Positions 25,501 to 40,105 of a stretch of DNA of 64,000 nucleotides are shown piece by piece. The DNA is taken from the NCBI GenBank assembly GCA_030704615.1, contig CM060733.1:10602001-10666000 (forward strand), read 5' to 3'. The notes below the pieces were generated by a model. The model saw only the letters and a list, made by a program, of their open reading frames with translations, did not search any database and had not been told where the DNA came from. The first letter of the stretch is position 1; the number at the start of each line of letters is the position of its first letter. The position numbers were made by a program, and so were the translations under genes. Source of the stretch: Takakia lepidozioides (Eukaryota > Plantae > Bryophyta).

Positions 25501-27664
25501 GGCGGGTTCGAGAGTGCAGGCCACTCAAAGACAGATCGTGAAGGCAGATGCTTATGTGGCAGGTACATATATTACTCTTACCTGTAATTTTGAAACTTTT
25601 CTGAGATACAATCATGTACGGGGCCAAATTGTTGGGTTAGGATGCATGCAGAGAGGCTGGTATTTTGCTGACCTGGAATGTTGTGAATGTCCAGCATGTG
25701 ATGTTCCAGGCATAAAGAAGATTCTGCCAAAACGATGGCGTGAATGGGAGTTTTTTGACAACATCTACAAGCTTGTTGGTGTTCCAGTTGTGACTGTGCA
25801 ATTGCGTTTCAATGGCTGGGTTACTGAAATGCAGGATCTAGAGCTGTCGAGGTATAAATCCACCCTATTTTCTCCAATATGTTTTGTCTGCTCCACCTTC
25901 TGGCATTACGTATGTGTATGGTATGTGAGCATGTGCTAAAGTCTCCTGGTCTGACAGCAGACAGGAATATATGTCAAAATGTAATGAGGTTTAAGTGGTA
26001 TGGGTGTATATTAATTATACCACATGTAATCAAGTTGAATCTGTTTTTTTTTTCTGTTTTTTCTGTAATTTGTTTTGGGTTCTATACCTAGAGAATATGT
26101 GTTTTGTGTAATCTATGGTAACTGTCAGGAGGTGATAAAGTCAGTGGGGAGTGGTGGCAGCTTGTCACTGCCACACAAAATGAAGTTGATGGTCTGAGAC
26201 TTTGTGATTGAAAGCATGTTGTTACAACTCTTCGGGTTGCCTTTAGTGTCTGAATGGAGTTGTTACTCTGTATTTACCTAGATGATATATTGTTGTGCAC
26301 TGGATTCTCAATCTTTGATATCATGAGCCAGTGGTAAGGTTTCCTGTAGAGGGTATGTGGTTCATTTCGAAAACGTGATGGTTTGGGCACACGAAGTGTT
26401 TTACAGTTGGAGAGTCAAATTATGTACAATGTAATGAAGTGTACATAAGCCTCCCTAACATAACTATGTGTAACACGTGGTGCATTTCAGGAAGATAGGC
26501 CAAGCTGTTGGGTTGGACAATCTGCTGTACTCAGCAGATGCAGATTTTTCATGCTTTGCGGATCTTGCACTTACTTCGCCTGAGGACTATTACAAACCTG
26601 GCGAAGGATCTCTTCTACAGTAAGTGTTTTGTGCCATACTATCTCTTCCCATGCATGTTATCAAATTAGTAAGAATCTTCTTCACTGGAGGACTGAGACA
26701 AGCCTGTTTAAGGCTCTTATATTGACTGAATCATCTGCGTGTTGTCTTTTGCAAACTATTGTCAAAGTAGTAGGAAGTGTTTTTCGTGATGGAAGGAAGT
26801 CTTAGGTTGGTCCTTCAATTAAGAGAAGTCAATAACAAGAGTTTGTGTAGGCCTTTGTTGTAGGATCTTGCAGTGGAAGTTCACGAGTTGCTGATGATGA
26901 CGGTTTTTGTGTCACTACACAGGGCTGTCTTGACTCCCGGAGACCCATACATGCCATTGCCTAATGACAAGATCATCAGCAAAGTACATGAACAGGTCAG
27001 TTCTCCTTGCAGGACTCAAAAGTTCTACAACTGTCGAGGAGATCATTACATATTATGTTGCATGTACATTATCAAGGATTGATAGATGTGCACTAATTGG
27101 GAAGTGCTGGTTTTGCTCGCCTCTGAGAGTTCTTATGGTTGTTCTTTTTTTGCCCTAGATACTGGATCTCTTTCCTTCTGCGCGAGGACTGGAGATGACG
27201 TGGTCGTCAGTGGTGAAGATAGCACAGTCCCTCTACCGAGAAGGCCCGGGGATGGACCCATTCCGGCCAGACCAAAAAACTCCCATCTCCAATTTCTTTC
27301 TGTCTGGATCTTACACCAAGCAGGTTTTCTTCTTATTTCAGACACTTGTGTCCTTTGAACTGTTGACTTTTGGGGGTTCTTGCACTCTTACGACTGGGTG
27401 GGGCGTCTACAGTACAAACTCTGCCACTAGATTGCAGTTCTAATTGTCTTGGAGAGCTAATAGGAGGTGTGCCTTGGTCAACATGGTATGGTGCAGGACT
27501 ACATAGACAGCATGGAGGGGGCTACACTATCAGGGAGGCAGACATCTGCCCGAATTTGTGAAGCTGGACCCATTCTGTCTGAGCTCCGACAAAGGCTGCA
27601 AAAGGAAGAGGATCTGAATCAAGTGAAGCTCCCTGAAGCAGCAGATGAGTTGACATTGGTTTAA
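22273..27664 (+). CDS. ZDS: Zeta-carotene desaturase, plastid-targeted, 14 exons, about 595 aa
   Basis: Exons 22273-22480, 23211-23335, 23591-23725, 23979-24051, 24370-24443, 24636-24740, 24915-25159, 25301-25388, 25520-25562, 25695-25851, 26491-26619, 26923-26995, 27159-27323 and 27497-27664 join in frame (1788 nt, GT-AG introns). Motifs: [47 protein letters not shown] and [10 protein letters not shown]. Confidence 0.97.
22513..22562 (+). repeat. (GA)n microsatellite in ZDS intron 1
   Basis: AGAGAGCGAGAGCGAGAGGGAGAGAG... run. Confidence 0.9.
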
Positions 27665-28751
27665 ACATTTGGGTGCAAAACTGAGATGGCAAGAAGAAGT
27701 TTTAGTCCTAGGATATGAAAGGGGGTGTACGGGGATCATTGTATATGTCAGTGCGCTTGCTATAGAAAGTCTTACACTATTCTTTTTAGTGGTCGAGCCG
27801 TGAAAGGTTGAGCACAATCAAATACTGTGCCTCCTAATTCGATTGCGTTCCCATTAAAGGTAAATTTTCGATTCAATCCATATTGTCTTTAAAGGTAGGA
27901 TAATATGATTTGTTGTAGACCATTGTATAAGCATTTGATAATTGGTGGGTGGTAAGAGAGTAGGTTTACTAGCAGACATTAAACATGCCTTCTTCCACCC
28001 AGATGTTTAGTTTTAGAAATTGTTTGGCAGCATTGTACGGGGTGACTGCAAAAATCTACACGGGCTCCACAGATTTAGACTTGTTACATTTTGCTTGAAA
28101 TCCACTGATATTCAAGGATTGGACTACGGTTTGCCTACCGAATGCATCCAACACCATTGCACTCTCAGCCTATCCACACATCAGTGGTATGGCTTTTAGG
28201 ATTGCAGGGGTGAATGCGATGTTTGGAAAGCCAAACTACGAGCATAAGTTGGTGCCCTTCGTAATGCAATAAAAACTTTCTGCCTAAAGAAGGTACAAGA
28301 ACAGAGGCATTGGGGCTTCCCATGCCTTTGCTTTCCGCTGCACGATGATGTGATTGCACTTCTTTCGCCATTGTGAAGGACTGAAACAAATTCATGCCAG
28401 CTCTACTGCATGCATCAGACCTTCATGCCCAAAACCCCGATGGATGATACCTACCAACTCCAATATTGTTGTAATAAGTGAATGAAGGAAAATGATAGAT
28501 AACACTATGTACCGGGCATTTAAGCCCTGTCAAGCCTCACAGAGCCTCTTGCCGCAGACCACTTACTTCTACGGACACACTCAGTAAGCATGTGACTGGG
28601 TCCAGCTGGTCTACTTGCAAAAAGATGGCTTATACAGACAGATCTAATAATGCCCCCATAGACACACAGGAAAATTTGAGCAGGTTTTTAACAACGAGTG
28701 GCCACCCAGTTCTGGCTGCGTAACTAGTTACTCTTTCAAGGTACCCCTGAA

Positions 28752-29075
28752 TTACTTTGAAATATTGCCCTGAATGCAAGCACGATGGGGGGCAATTGTC
28801 TCACATATTTGATGTGTAGGTAATGTCAAATTCATAGAGTAGAGAGAAGGATCGCTGATGTGGGCGGGCGCCACAAAACAATGACGGACTAGTTGTTGTA
28901 CTGGAGGACCACCTAGTGTCCTCGAAGAAGCCCATGCCAAGGATCGTGTTGTTGCAATGTACCATGGTGTGAGGGTGTGTGAGTGTAGCTTCTTGTTGTG
29001 GACCTTCTTGTAGATTGTGACATTCATTTTGATAATTCTCTTCACACCACATTTGTATGCATAGAACACGCTGGT
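28752..29075 (-). other. Degenerate repeat/TE-derived coding fragment, partly homologous to 12195-12262
   Basis: GAGAATTATCAAAATGAATGTCACAATCTACAAGAAGGTCCACAACAA is present at both loci in opposite orientation. The family was not identified. Confidence 0.5.
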
Positions 29076-29487
29076 CGGAAGAGCACTTCACCCTTCCATA
29101 ATTGCCATCTTTCAAAAGTCCCTCCCGCATAGAGAGAGTGTGCTAGAGAGAGTGTGCTGAAACTGGAAGATTGTCCTCAAATTGTCACAACTTGGAGAGC
29201 TGGGTTGATGGTGGCTGCTGCAGGATTGCGGGTGGTTTGCAATCCTTCAGTGTAATCTGGGAAAGAGGTCGCTTCTGAAATATCTTTCTGAAGGCGAGTG
29301 TATACACGACATATCCAGATTGATCCTCGCAATAGAAAGTATTGATGAATGTAAATGACCTGGGTCTGTTTACTTATAACTTATGTATCTCTGCTATGCA
29401 AGTGCGTCACACATTAAGGAGCAAGCAATGTTGAGTTCTCCGCTGTAAGTGTGTCTATTCGTACCTGATGGTGTGGGAATTTGCAGA

Positions 29488-30608
29488 TCGATACCACTCA
29501 TCAGCCATGGCCACCTCCAGGTGATCAGGCACGCCGCACAAGCGTTGATGTGGTCTTCTTCGGCTCAGGCTCGCCGTGGAATACCGCATGGGTGCAACGT
29601 GGTCACCCGTATTGGCAGCGTGGCGTGTGCTGGCCTCAGGAGTGGCTACCGAAAGACCTGGATGGGAGTGTGCAGAGTGCTGGCTGCACCCCCGTTTGAC
29701 GCCACAGCTGATGTGATGTCAGTGTTTCTGAGATCGGAAAGAACTTATTCCAGAGCCTAATTGTCATGTCTGTCGGACTCCATTCATCTGTGAAATTGCC
29801 CAATTGTTTGCCTGTTGTGGAATGTCGCGAGTAGTAGATCTTCCGAGCGAAGTTTACTAGATGAATTGAGCCTGGTTAGGCGTCTTTGATGCTGATGTCT
29901 ACATGGGGGGTTCGATCCCCGGAGTTAAATTTGCTTGGCGGATTGAGCACTTGGTTGACATGCGAGGTTTCACTTACATCTATGGTCTGGTCAACTCACA
30001 TTGCTCTTAGATCTAATATCCAATTCTGCAAAGTTTGGTGGTGGAGGCTTCCACAAATACTATGGCCTCTATCTATGGTGGGAGAGCTATGCAATATGCC
30101 AAGGCCTTTATGAAGAATCTGCGAGGTGGGGTGTTCTACGCAGTGCCCTGTGGTGCAACTGAAGTATCTAATTATCTCAACTTAATGTCGTCCGGCTCCA
30201 AGGTAGGAAGCGTCCGAGACGTGCATTCTCTCGCCCACCTGTGGGAATCGTTGCTCATAGATTTCCACGACGCAGTCGACACATCCATCAATATGTATTC
30301 TTTTGTCTAAGGCAAACCCCTCGGAAATGTGGTGAGATCCCTCGTCATATCAACGTGTTTGTCCCCATTACTTTGATGTTCCAGACGTGAGGTACTGAAT
30401 TTTGAACTCTGAACTTTGAACTTGCAATGGTGGCGTCATCTGTTGGCAGGGATTGGTTGTGGATCTTACATCTGAAATGAGGTTGTCTCGAAACAACAAT
30501 GTGTACAAATATGAAGATAGTGATCATCTCATTATTTGCCAACCAACAAGCAAAGACCATGTAACGTATTAGAAAGTACTGGAGTTCGTGCGAATATGTA
30601 CTGCGCAG
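29488..30608 (+). pseudogene. Alpha/beta-hydrolase domain (SERAC1/PGAP1-like, as in hydrolase-NBS-LRR N-termini), disrupted
   Basis: Motifs in order: VDVVFF, VCWPQEWLPKDL..RVLA.PFD, LQSLVVEA, AKAFMKNLRGGVFYAVP, INMYSFV*GKP and EDSDHLIICQPTSKDHVTY*KVLEF. It contains stops and frameshifts. Confidence 0.65.
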
Positions 30609-33600
30609 GTAGGATCATTGTCGCGTTATGCTTAATTTCATTCTCGATCAGTATTCCTGATTAAACACTCTACTGAAATTTGATCATGTATTGCAGGATA
30701 TGTTTGATGAGTTGAAACTGAATTTGAAATTGAATCATCTTTCGCAACTACAAAAGTTTGTGAATATTCGGAAACAACCCCAAAAGACGCAAGCAAGGAG
30801 AGAGAGAGTCATATGTAAATTAGCTCCTTCACAGCGCTTTGTCGAGTTTTATTTTAAGAATGCCAGCAGCATGTGTGATCCAACTTCAGTTAATGAATAT
30901 CAGTGGGAAATTATATTAGCAGCAAAAGATGAGGATATGTATGAAGAGTTGGCTGTCAAATTCTCAGAAATTGAGACTGAGGACTAGAAGTTGGAGTTGG
31001 AATATGAGGTAGAGAGTATTGAAGCAGGTGAACTACAGAGCGAACAGATCTAAAGAGATGTTGATATTGTTGCCGCTCTCAAATGTTGTAGAGGAGGGAT
31101 TACATGCTGACAAACAAATCCAGGAAACTGTCGAATGTGCTATCAAGAAAGAAAAGTTGGATTCTAAGGTACAAATAGTGACGCCCCGAAGCAATAGGTG
31201 TGCATATCCAAAAAGATAATGAAACTGCTGCCACTATCAAATTTTCAAAGAACGAAGATTCGGAACGCAATGTCCGAGAAATCACAACTAGTGTTCGGGC
31301 AGATCCAAAGAGACGGTGGAACCCATGCTGATACAAACATGAACAAAGAATACAGACCACTTTTATGGCATGTATTTCATTATTTTATGTCCAAGAAAAG
31401 CCAAAAATGTGTTGAGGAATCTGGTTGCATTCCTAGTTACCACTACGCCATTGCAACTAGAGAGTACTCATTGGATTGACCTCTAGTCTCCATTCCAGTC
31501 ATCCCAGAGATCAGTTCTGATCTCTGAGAACGTGAATCCAATGCGTGGAGAATGCGTGGGCCTGACAATGGCTGGGGAAACTGCAAAAAAGAGCTGATTT
31601 CTTGTGCAAGCCAATATTTTTTCAACCGGTTCGAGGCTTGCCCCAAACTTGTGCGTGTACACCCTCCACCAGCTTGACCACTTTGATCAACCGCCGATTT
31701 TGCTCCTGAGCACACAATCCAGAGTGAGGAAGAGTAATTCGTACGTGATGATATCATGTAGCATGCACGCTATTGCAAATCTTGCTGAGAGTGGAAATTT
31801 TGATATGGCACTTGAAGCATTGTCAAAAAGTTTGACAAACTCAACACTTCTACTTATACACCAACACAAAGTGTTGGGCACATAAGTGTTGGGCTCGAAG
31901 GTGATAGTGAGCGAACCGATATTTGACTTGTTGAGTTCAACAAGTCCAAGCCGTCAAGCAGAAGAACCATTAACACATTCGGAGGGGAGGAATGCATCTG
32001 TTTTGGAGATGAAGGGTGCAACTGTGGAATTGATATATGGAGATGATGTTACAAACATCTTCGTCATTTCTTGATCACACAAAAGAAGCCTCACTTGTAA
32101 TTCTCTCAATTCTCCCTTTGTAAAATTTCTCTGAGAATAGCACTTCTGTGATCAGTCCCTCAAGCTTCTCATCTCTTGTTGCGAAACACTCTCCATATAC
32201 CGTGTCTAACTATGGTAAAGACATCGTTCATGACATTAGACACACTTTCTGTGTCCTCCCATATTATATGTGGTAAACAAGGCCATTGGGTCAGCGAATG
32301 TAAGTGTCAAGAATGCTTGATGAAATTGTAGAAGAGCCAAGTTGCAGTTACTAATCTTTTTCTGTGCAGCTATCTTGTCAGCCATTTCCTTCTTTTGTTC
32401 GCTTGTAAGATTGTTCCATTGCTTGTGGTAACGTTACTTCCACTTACAGAACGCATGGTAAAGAAAGCTTTGTCTGCAGCCTCGTTACTGTAAGCACCTC
32501 TCATCTTCCAAAGTGTTTCTTTCTTTATCAATCTGGCCGTGAGATTATTGTCTGAAGTCCATATATTTAACATTCTTCTGCAAGTATGGCAGTCAAGCAG
32601 CCATAGGGTAAACCACAGCCTCTATAGACCAAACTACAAACATCCAAGCATCTTTCCAAACACAAGGTACAAACATCCAACTTCAAGTTATTGGCAATAA
32701 ACTAAGGATACTATCATACCCCAGTGTCAACAAGAGAAAGTTGGTTCTCCTTTTACTCTCAAGACATCAAGACTACAGGGTGTAATATCGATGGCTATAC
32801 CTTCTCAAAACCTCTTGCACCACTCCATAGGATCTGATACGAACTTGTGCCCAAGCAATTCTATGATAATTCCTGTACGCACTGATACAGCTGATTTGTA
32901 AGTTTTTTAGCAGTTTACATTGGCCCCCTCTTTTAACTCCTAATTCCTGGACCACTCTAGAATTAACCGGGCCAGAATGAAACTGCTTTACATATTTTGC
33001 CTGATTCTTAGTAAATAATGCTAGTGTAGCTTTCCGCAAGTTGATTTATTTCTCTCTCGATGCCCCTTACTGTGCCCCTTCTCCACCCATCGATATGCCT
33101 GGCACTTAGATGGCTTCGCAATAGCCAGTGAGATCAAAACGCTTGCACTTCTTGGTACTTGGTGCGGGGTTTCCAACTAAATCTGGACACTCTCATAACT
33201 TGAAAGGAACGTGGCGAACATATCCTCCAAAGCCAGTATCCCACCCCATGCAAACCTTTTCGAATAGTCATGCGTCATCTTTCCTTAAAAGGCTGCGACA
33301 ATGTGAAAGTTGTACCACTCAAGTATTCCTATTCCCTGTGTATGATTACATCCAGATCTCTCACACAGAAACACCCACAAAACAAACAAACGCCCACAGT
33401 TTTAATGAATTGGATCACTCAGACGTACCAGAAGTTCGACAATCTGCAGCAGATTCTGAAGGGGCCGATGAACTAGACGAACGGGGATGGCCATTCTCAT
33501 AGTCGTCTACAGACCTTATTTGAGCGTCCAGTGAACCTCCCCAATCACAACCGGCATAATTTCTGCTGGTGCACGTCACAGACAATTTGGAGACTCCACG

Positions 33601-33983
33601 GCTCCGGCATAGGCCATCGGTGACCATGATCCCCTCTGGAGATTGCTGTGATGCTTATTACATTGTTTTGTTTCGCCCCTGAACATGACGGTATCAGGAT
33701 ACAAATACCCAGTTTGGATCAGTCTAGGTTGGAAACGCGAGGGTGACGCTCTACACTCAGCCCATCTGTTGTGCCCAACCAAGAAATCCTGAACTTCAAG
33801 TCGGGATGGGGTAGTATCTTGGATAGCGAAAGTGGGAAGGTGGGTGTCTTTCGTTATGTGCAGAATTATCTTTAGCGCTGAAGCTCTGCTGTTCTTGAGG
33901 GATTCAGTTGTTTAAGCGTATGAAAAGAAGGAACGGAAACGAGAGGGGAGACTCTGAAGTGTTTCAGCTGGAGCCTACGATGG

Positions 33984-36311
33984 TTGTTCGTCAAACATCA
34001 CAAGAAAGACTGGAGGCCGCTAAAGATGACTGCCAGGATTCTGTGCTGTCTGCATTTACGCACAGGGATCGCGCAGCAGTCCGGCGGGCTTCTGCGGGTG
34101 CAGAGAGAGATCATACCCAGGGCCGTGCCTTCTCCTTCCAGTGAAGAGGCGGGAAGCCTCACGTCATGCAGCAGATTAACAATCCCGGCTGTGGAGCATA
34201 AATGGGCAGCCGCCTTGCCAATGTCATGCTGGACATCCTCGCACGTGATGGCTACGACGCCTCCCAAGTGTCCAGGGAAATCGAACAAAGGTACAGACAT
34301 GAAACCCCTCGCCCAATTTTCTGGATACCCTGATGTATCTGTATCAAAGCGATCCAGGATCTATCCAGGACCCGCAAGAATACACCCATTGTGGTCGAAG
34401 AAGCTGACATTATGCTCACAGAATGGTACCCCACTTACAATCAGCCCCTTAGGCGTCTTCAGGACGCTTGAAAGATGCCCGACATATTTTGAACCAACGA
34501 GGTGTTTGGGCACACTCCAATACATACATCTGTGTCTTGCAGGAATGCATCAGTATGAGAAAACTAACAGAAGGAAGGCAGGTGCATGCCCACATCAGCC
34601 AAAGTGGATTGAAACCAAATATTTTTCTTTTCAACACCCTTGTTGACATGTATGCCAAGTGTGGGAGCATGGTGGATGCACGGCAAGTGTTTGAGAACAT
34701 GCTTGAACGAGACGTGTTTACATGGACAATAATGATGGCTGGTTATGCCAAGCATAGGTTGTTTAGGGAGGCTGTCGCCATTTATGAGCAGATGATTCAG
34801 GAAGGGGTGTCATCAAACATGGTCACCTTTGCGTGCATTCTCAATGTGTATGCCAGCCTTGGAGATGTGGAAAAGGGTAAACAGGTCATGGGCAGGAGTG
34901 GAATTGCTCCAGATATCATTCTGGCGAATACCCTTGTCAACATGTATGCCAGATGTGAGGCCATAAAGGATGCACGGCAAGTGTTTGACAATATGGCTGG
35001 ACGGAATGTAGTTTCATGGAACACCATGATTGCAGGATATAGTCAGCATGGGTGTGGTAGGGAGGCTTTGGAGATGTATGATTAAATGATACTGGAAGGG
35101 GTGAGGCCCAACAGGGTAACGTTCATGTGTTCTCAATGCATGTGCCAGCCTAGGAGCCATCGACAAGGGCAGGGAGGTCCATGCTAACATCATCAAAGCT
35201 GGAATATCAGCATATATAAATTTGGAGAATACACTTGTCAACATGTATGCCAAATGTGGGAGCATGAAGGATGCATGTCAATTGTTCAACAATATGGCTA
35301 AACGAAATCTGGTATCATGGAACACAATAATCGGAGGATATGCTCAGCACGGGTGTAGCAGGGAGGCTTTCAAGATCTATGAGCATATGCAGAAGGAAGG
35401 GGTGTTTCCTGATAAAGTCACATTCACTTGCTTTCTGAATGCCTGTGCCAGCCAAGGAGCTCTGGGAAAGGGCAGAAAGGTTCATGCAGACATCATCAAA
35501 GCTGGAATTGGGCAAGATATTATTCTGGAGACTGCCCTTGTTGATATGTATAGCAAATGTGGGAGTGTAAAGGATGCATGTCAAGTATTTGACAGTATGG
35601 CCAACCGAAATGAGGTCTCATGGAAGACCATGATCACAGGCTCTGCTCGGCATGGGTGTGATAGGGAAGCTGTCAAGATCTATGACCAAATGCAGCGGGC
35701 AGGGATGTCACCTGACAGGTTCACAGTGACTTGTGTCCTCCATGCTTGTGCTAGCCTAGGAGCCTTGGAAAAGGGCAAAGAGGTCCATGCCGACATCCTC
35801 AAAGGTGGAATTGTGCCAGATATGATTCTGGAGACTGCCCTCGTCGACATGTATGCCAAATGTGGGAGCATGGAGAACGCACGTCAAGTGTTCGACAATA
35901 TGACTGAACGTGATGTAGTGTCGTGGAATGCGCTGATTGCAGGATATGGACAGCATGGGTGTGTTACAGAGGCCTTTCAACTATTTCAACAAATGCAACA
36001 GGAAGGCTTGAAACCGGAAAGTATCACACTTCTCTCTTCTCTCTGCATGTAGCCATGTAGGCCTAGTGGATGAAGGTCGCCTGTACTTCGATTCCATGAG
36101 TCAAGATCATGACCTCACTCCTACAGTGGAGCATTTTAGCTGCATGGTGGATCTCCTTGGCCGTGCAGGGCGATTAGAAGAGGCAGAAGACCTCATTAAG
36201 AAAATGTCAATTGAACCAGGTGCTTCCATGTGGAGGGCCCTTCTTGGTGCCTGCAGAATTCATGGAAATCTCGAGCTAGCAGAACGAGTGACAAAATGCC
36301 TTCTCAAGTAG
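33984..36311 (+). pseudogene. PLS-class PPR gene (E-type remnant, no DYW), disrupted
   Basis: Repeated MYAKCGS..DARQVF..M..R.VVSW motifs and [18 protein letters not shown]...[12 protein letters not shown]. Frameshifts or stops near 34470, 35085, 36050 and 36311. The leader is homologous to 41979-42294. Confidence 0.9.
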
Positions 36312-36371
36312 GAGACACATATCAGACATTAGGAGCCAGGGTGCAGTGCGGTTAGTGTGGGAGCTTAAAGG

Positions 36372-37031
36372 ATGGACGTCAAGTCTATGCCCAACGAGGT
36401 CACATTTATTTGTGCTATCAATGCCTGTGCCAGCCGTGGAGCCCTGGAAAATGGCAACCAGGTTCATGCTGACATTAGCAAAGCTGGGATTGCTTCATGT
36501 ATTAATTTGGAGAATACCCTTATTGACATGTATGCCAAATGTGGGAGCATAAAGGACGCACGCCAAGTGTTCGACAAAATGGCCAAACGAGATGTGGTCT
36601 CATGGAATGCGATGATTGCGGGATATGCTCATCATGCACATGGTGAAGATGCTTTAGACATTTATGAGCAAATGCAACTGGAACAAGTGACACCTGACGT
36701 GTGTGTCCTCAACGAGTGTGCAAGTTTAGGAGCCCTGAAAAGGGGGAAGCAGGTTCATGCTGACATCAGTAAATCTGGAATTCCTTCATTTATCAATTCG
36801 GAGAATACTCTTGTTGACATGTATGCGAAATGTGGGAGCTCAAAGGATGCACGCCAAGTATTTGATAAAATATCGCAACAAGATGTGGTCTCATGGAATG
36901 CAATGATTGCAGGATGTGCGCAGCATGGGTGTGGTAGGGAGGCCCTCCAACTGTTTGAACAAATGAAACAGAAAGGCCTCAATCCTTATTTCTGTCATCT
37001 CTGCATGCAGTCATGTGGGCCTAGTGAATGA
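36372..37031 (+). pseudogene. Second PLS-PPR fragment
   Basis: Two PLS triplets (MYAKCGSIKDARQVFDKMAKRDVVSWNAMI), truncated after a CSHVGLV-like segment. Confidence 0.85.
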
Positions 37032-38141
37032 AGGTTGTCTGCTGACACATCACTGTTTCTTGTGCCCTGAGTAGTGAGATTTCACATGTGTTTTGATTGT
37101 CCTGGACAAGGCACAAGGGGCCAGGAGAATTTGTGAAGACAGGGTCGCAGGCATTGCATGGTGAACATGCCACATTTGGCAATGTCCCTTTCTGGAGCAG
37201 GGCACTGCAGTCTCTCCTGTCTGCAGCCTTTGTGGACTTCACAAAACTTCCTGCAATGTTTTACTACATTAGAATGATTTGGAACAGCCAGCGTCACTGA
37301 AAGTGCCATGTTTCATCACTGGATGGTGTTTGCTTGCATGGATTGTTCAAGTTAAGTAACAAGGAAACAAGCTCTGTACCTCCAACTTTTAAGTCTCTGG
37401 TTGAAACAGAGCTTGATTGTAGTGAAGGTGTTCAGGTGGAAGACCAGAAATGCTGTGCTAGAATAAGGCTTCAGGGAGACAGTCTTTAACCCTGGCCACA
37501 GAAGGAAAACTGTATGATCTTGGACACCAAAGATTGGCTTTGGGAATATACTACACGCACAAATCCATCTCCTGTCACACAGCTTCCAAGCTTGTGCAAG
37601 TTATCTGAGGATGATCATTCACAACAATCTCATAGAAAGTGACTTAACACTTGATTGGCATGTGTCAGTGACCAAGAACCCCTTACATTAGGAGTATTGA
37701 TAGTAGACTTGGCGAGTAAGATTCTTTGAGTCTAGATTTCCTGATCAAGATTCAAAAGAAGCACCAAATCTGCACGGAAGCAAGCATCCTTCCCAAGATG
37801 CACAAATCGACATTGCCATCGAATGTGCCCGAAATGGAAGGTCACAGATAGTCTTTACTTTCACCCACGCCTCACAGACAACTCTGTTAGAGCACTGCTA
37901 TTAGCAGATACAAAATGTTCTGATTTCTCACCTGCCCTTCCACGTAAATCCGAACTCGAACAAGATCCTCCACGAAACATGCTCACTTATATAAGGAAGA
38001 TGCTACATCAAACAAATAGGGACTACAACCTAGTAAGAAAAATATCAGATCCACGGGAACACATTCTTGCCATTGAGCACAACCACGTCCACTTCAAGAA
38101 CTATAAGCCCGAAACCAAGACTAAACCCTCTTCAAAAGAGC

Positions 38142-38783
<642 letters not shown>

Positions 38784-38829
38784 CTATATTTTGGGCAGCC
38801 CGTAAATTTCCTTAAGCAACACACCATGG

Positions 38830-39700
38830 TGTAGGGGTCTGTATTCCGGGTGTACAGAACATACTGCTCTACTTATGTGAATGAAGGTGTGGCAAATGAG
38901 GTGCTGATCTGCTTAGCAAAGTCAAGCGTTGTCATCTACATAGCTACATCCCCCCATAGTGTGTGCAGTACCACAGAATAGGAGGATCTAAAGCCCACAT
39001 GCTTTGGTCGTCACAAAGCACCACAACTAATCCACTCCAAAAATCTCAGTCCGGTTATTAATGGTGAAACAGAACAAAACCCAAACTCAGAAATCGAATG
39101 ATCCTCCCACTGATTCAACATTCATTGGACCACAAATATCCATATGATAAAACTCTCCTGGTAGTTTTGCTTTTTCTGTCTCCAAATTCACAGGAAATGG
39201 CTGTCTATAGTTTTTGCCGCGTGCACACCCTAGACAAAAAGAGGGTTCACTCTCACTATGACTCAGAGTCAAACCGGTAACTAAGTTCACTGTGGACATT
39301 CTTCGTATCATATTTGTGTTGACATGTGCTAATCGGTTAATATGCCAACGATCCATGCTCTTGTCTGATGTCTTGACCTAAAATTTTGGCACAACATTAG
39401 TCTCCTGGGCTGTCCTTGATTTTCTGTCACAAGATTAGTCTCTTGGGATGTCTTGACCTGAAATTTTGGCGCAACATTAGTCTCCTGAGCTGTCCTGGCT
39501 TGATTTTCTGTCACAAGATTAGTCTCTTGGGATGTCTTGGCTTGAAATTCTGTCACAACATTAGCCTCCCGAGTCTCTGGTACCTCTAAGCATCTCCTGA
39601 TCTCAACAAAGGACGGTTAGCTTACAAATTTGCATCTGCAAAGATGCAGATATGTGGTTGTATGCCCAAAGAGAGTTACGAAATTTGCACAGAAATGATA
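38830..39700 (-). mobile_element. Deleted Ty1/Copia LTR retrotransposon relic
   Basis: Gag-pre-integrase/integrase start WH.RLAHVN...C.GC..GK..RQPF...HMDICGPM at 39087-39356. A purine tract is followed by a TGTAG...CTACA short LTR-like segment at 38830-38948. The right-hand boundary is approximate. Confidence 0.7.
39365..39570 (-). repeat. Tandem repeat (about 39-bp subunits) inside the Copia relic
   Basis: Repeats of GATGTCTTGACC..AAATTTTGGC.CAACATTAGTCTCC and GATTTTCTGTCACAAGATTAGTCTCTTGG, encoding repeated KTSQETNLVTENQ. Confidence 0.8.
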
Positions 39701-40105
39701 AAGATGAAGTTTATACTCGAAGGTTTGAGAAATTGCAGCGTTTAAATCACATATTTACATAACATATAGAAACCACAGATACATTTGAAAACGGATGTGA
39801 AGAACATTGAACCCAAAGTTCTGACGCATCTCTTTGCTAACATTGTCGGATGGGAAATAAACATAATTCGCTTAGGATCGTTCACATTGAAATAGCAGTA
39901 AATATGTGAAGTATGTCATGATGTATTTGAGACTTCAAATCCACCTAGGAGAACTACTAATCATGCATGTATTTCTTACATTTGTCAATAAATCATCTCT
40001 TTACTATATTTTTAACAATAGGGGAAAATTATGGGAGTGAGTGAAAAATATAACCTCTTTGAAAGCAGCCTCGCCAATCTCACCAACTCAGTTTGATGTA
40101 ACAAC

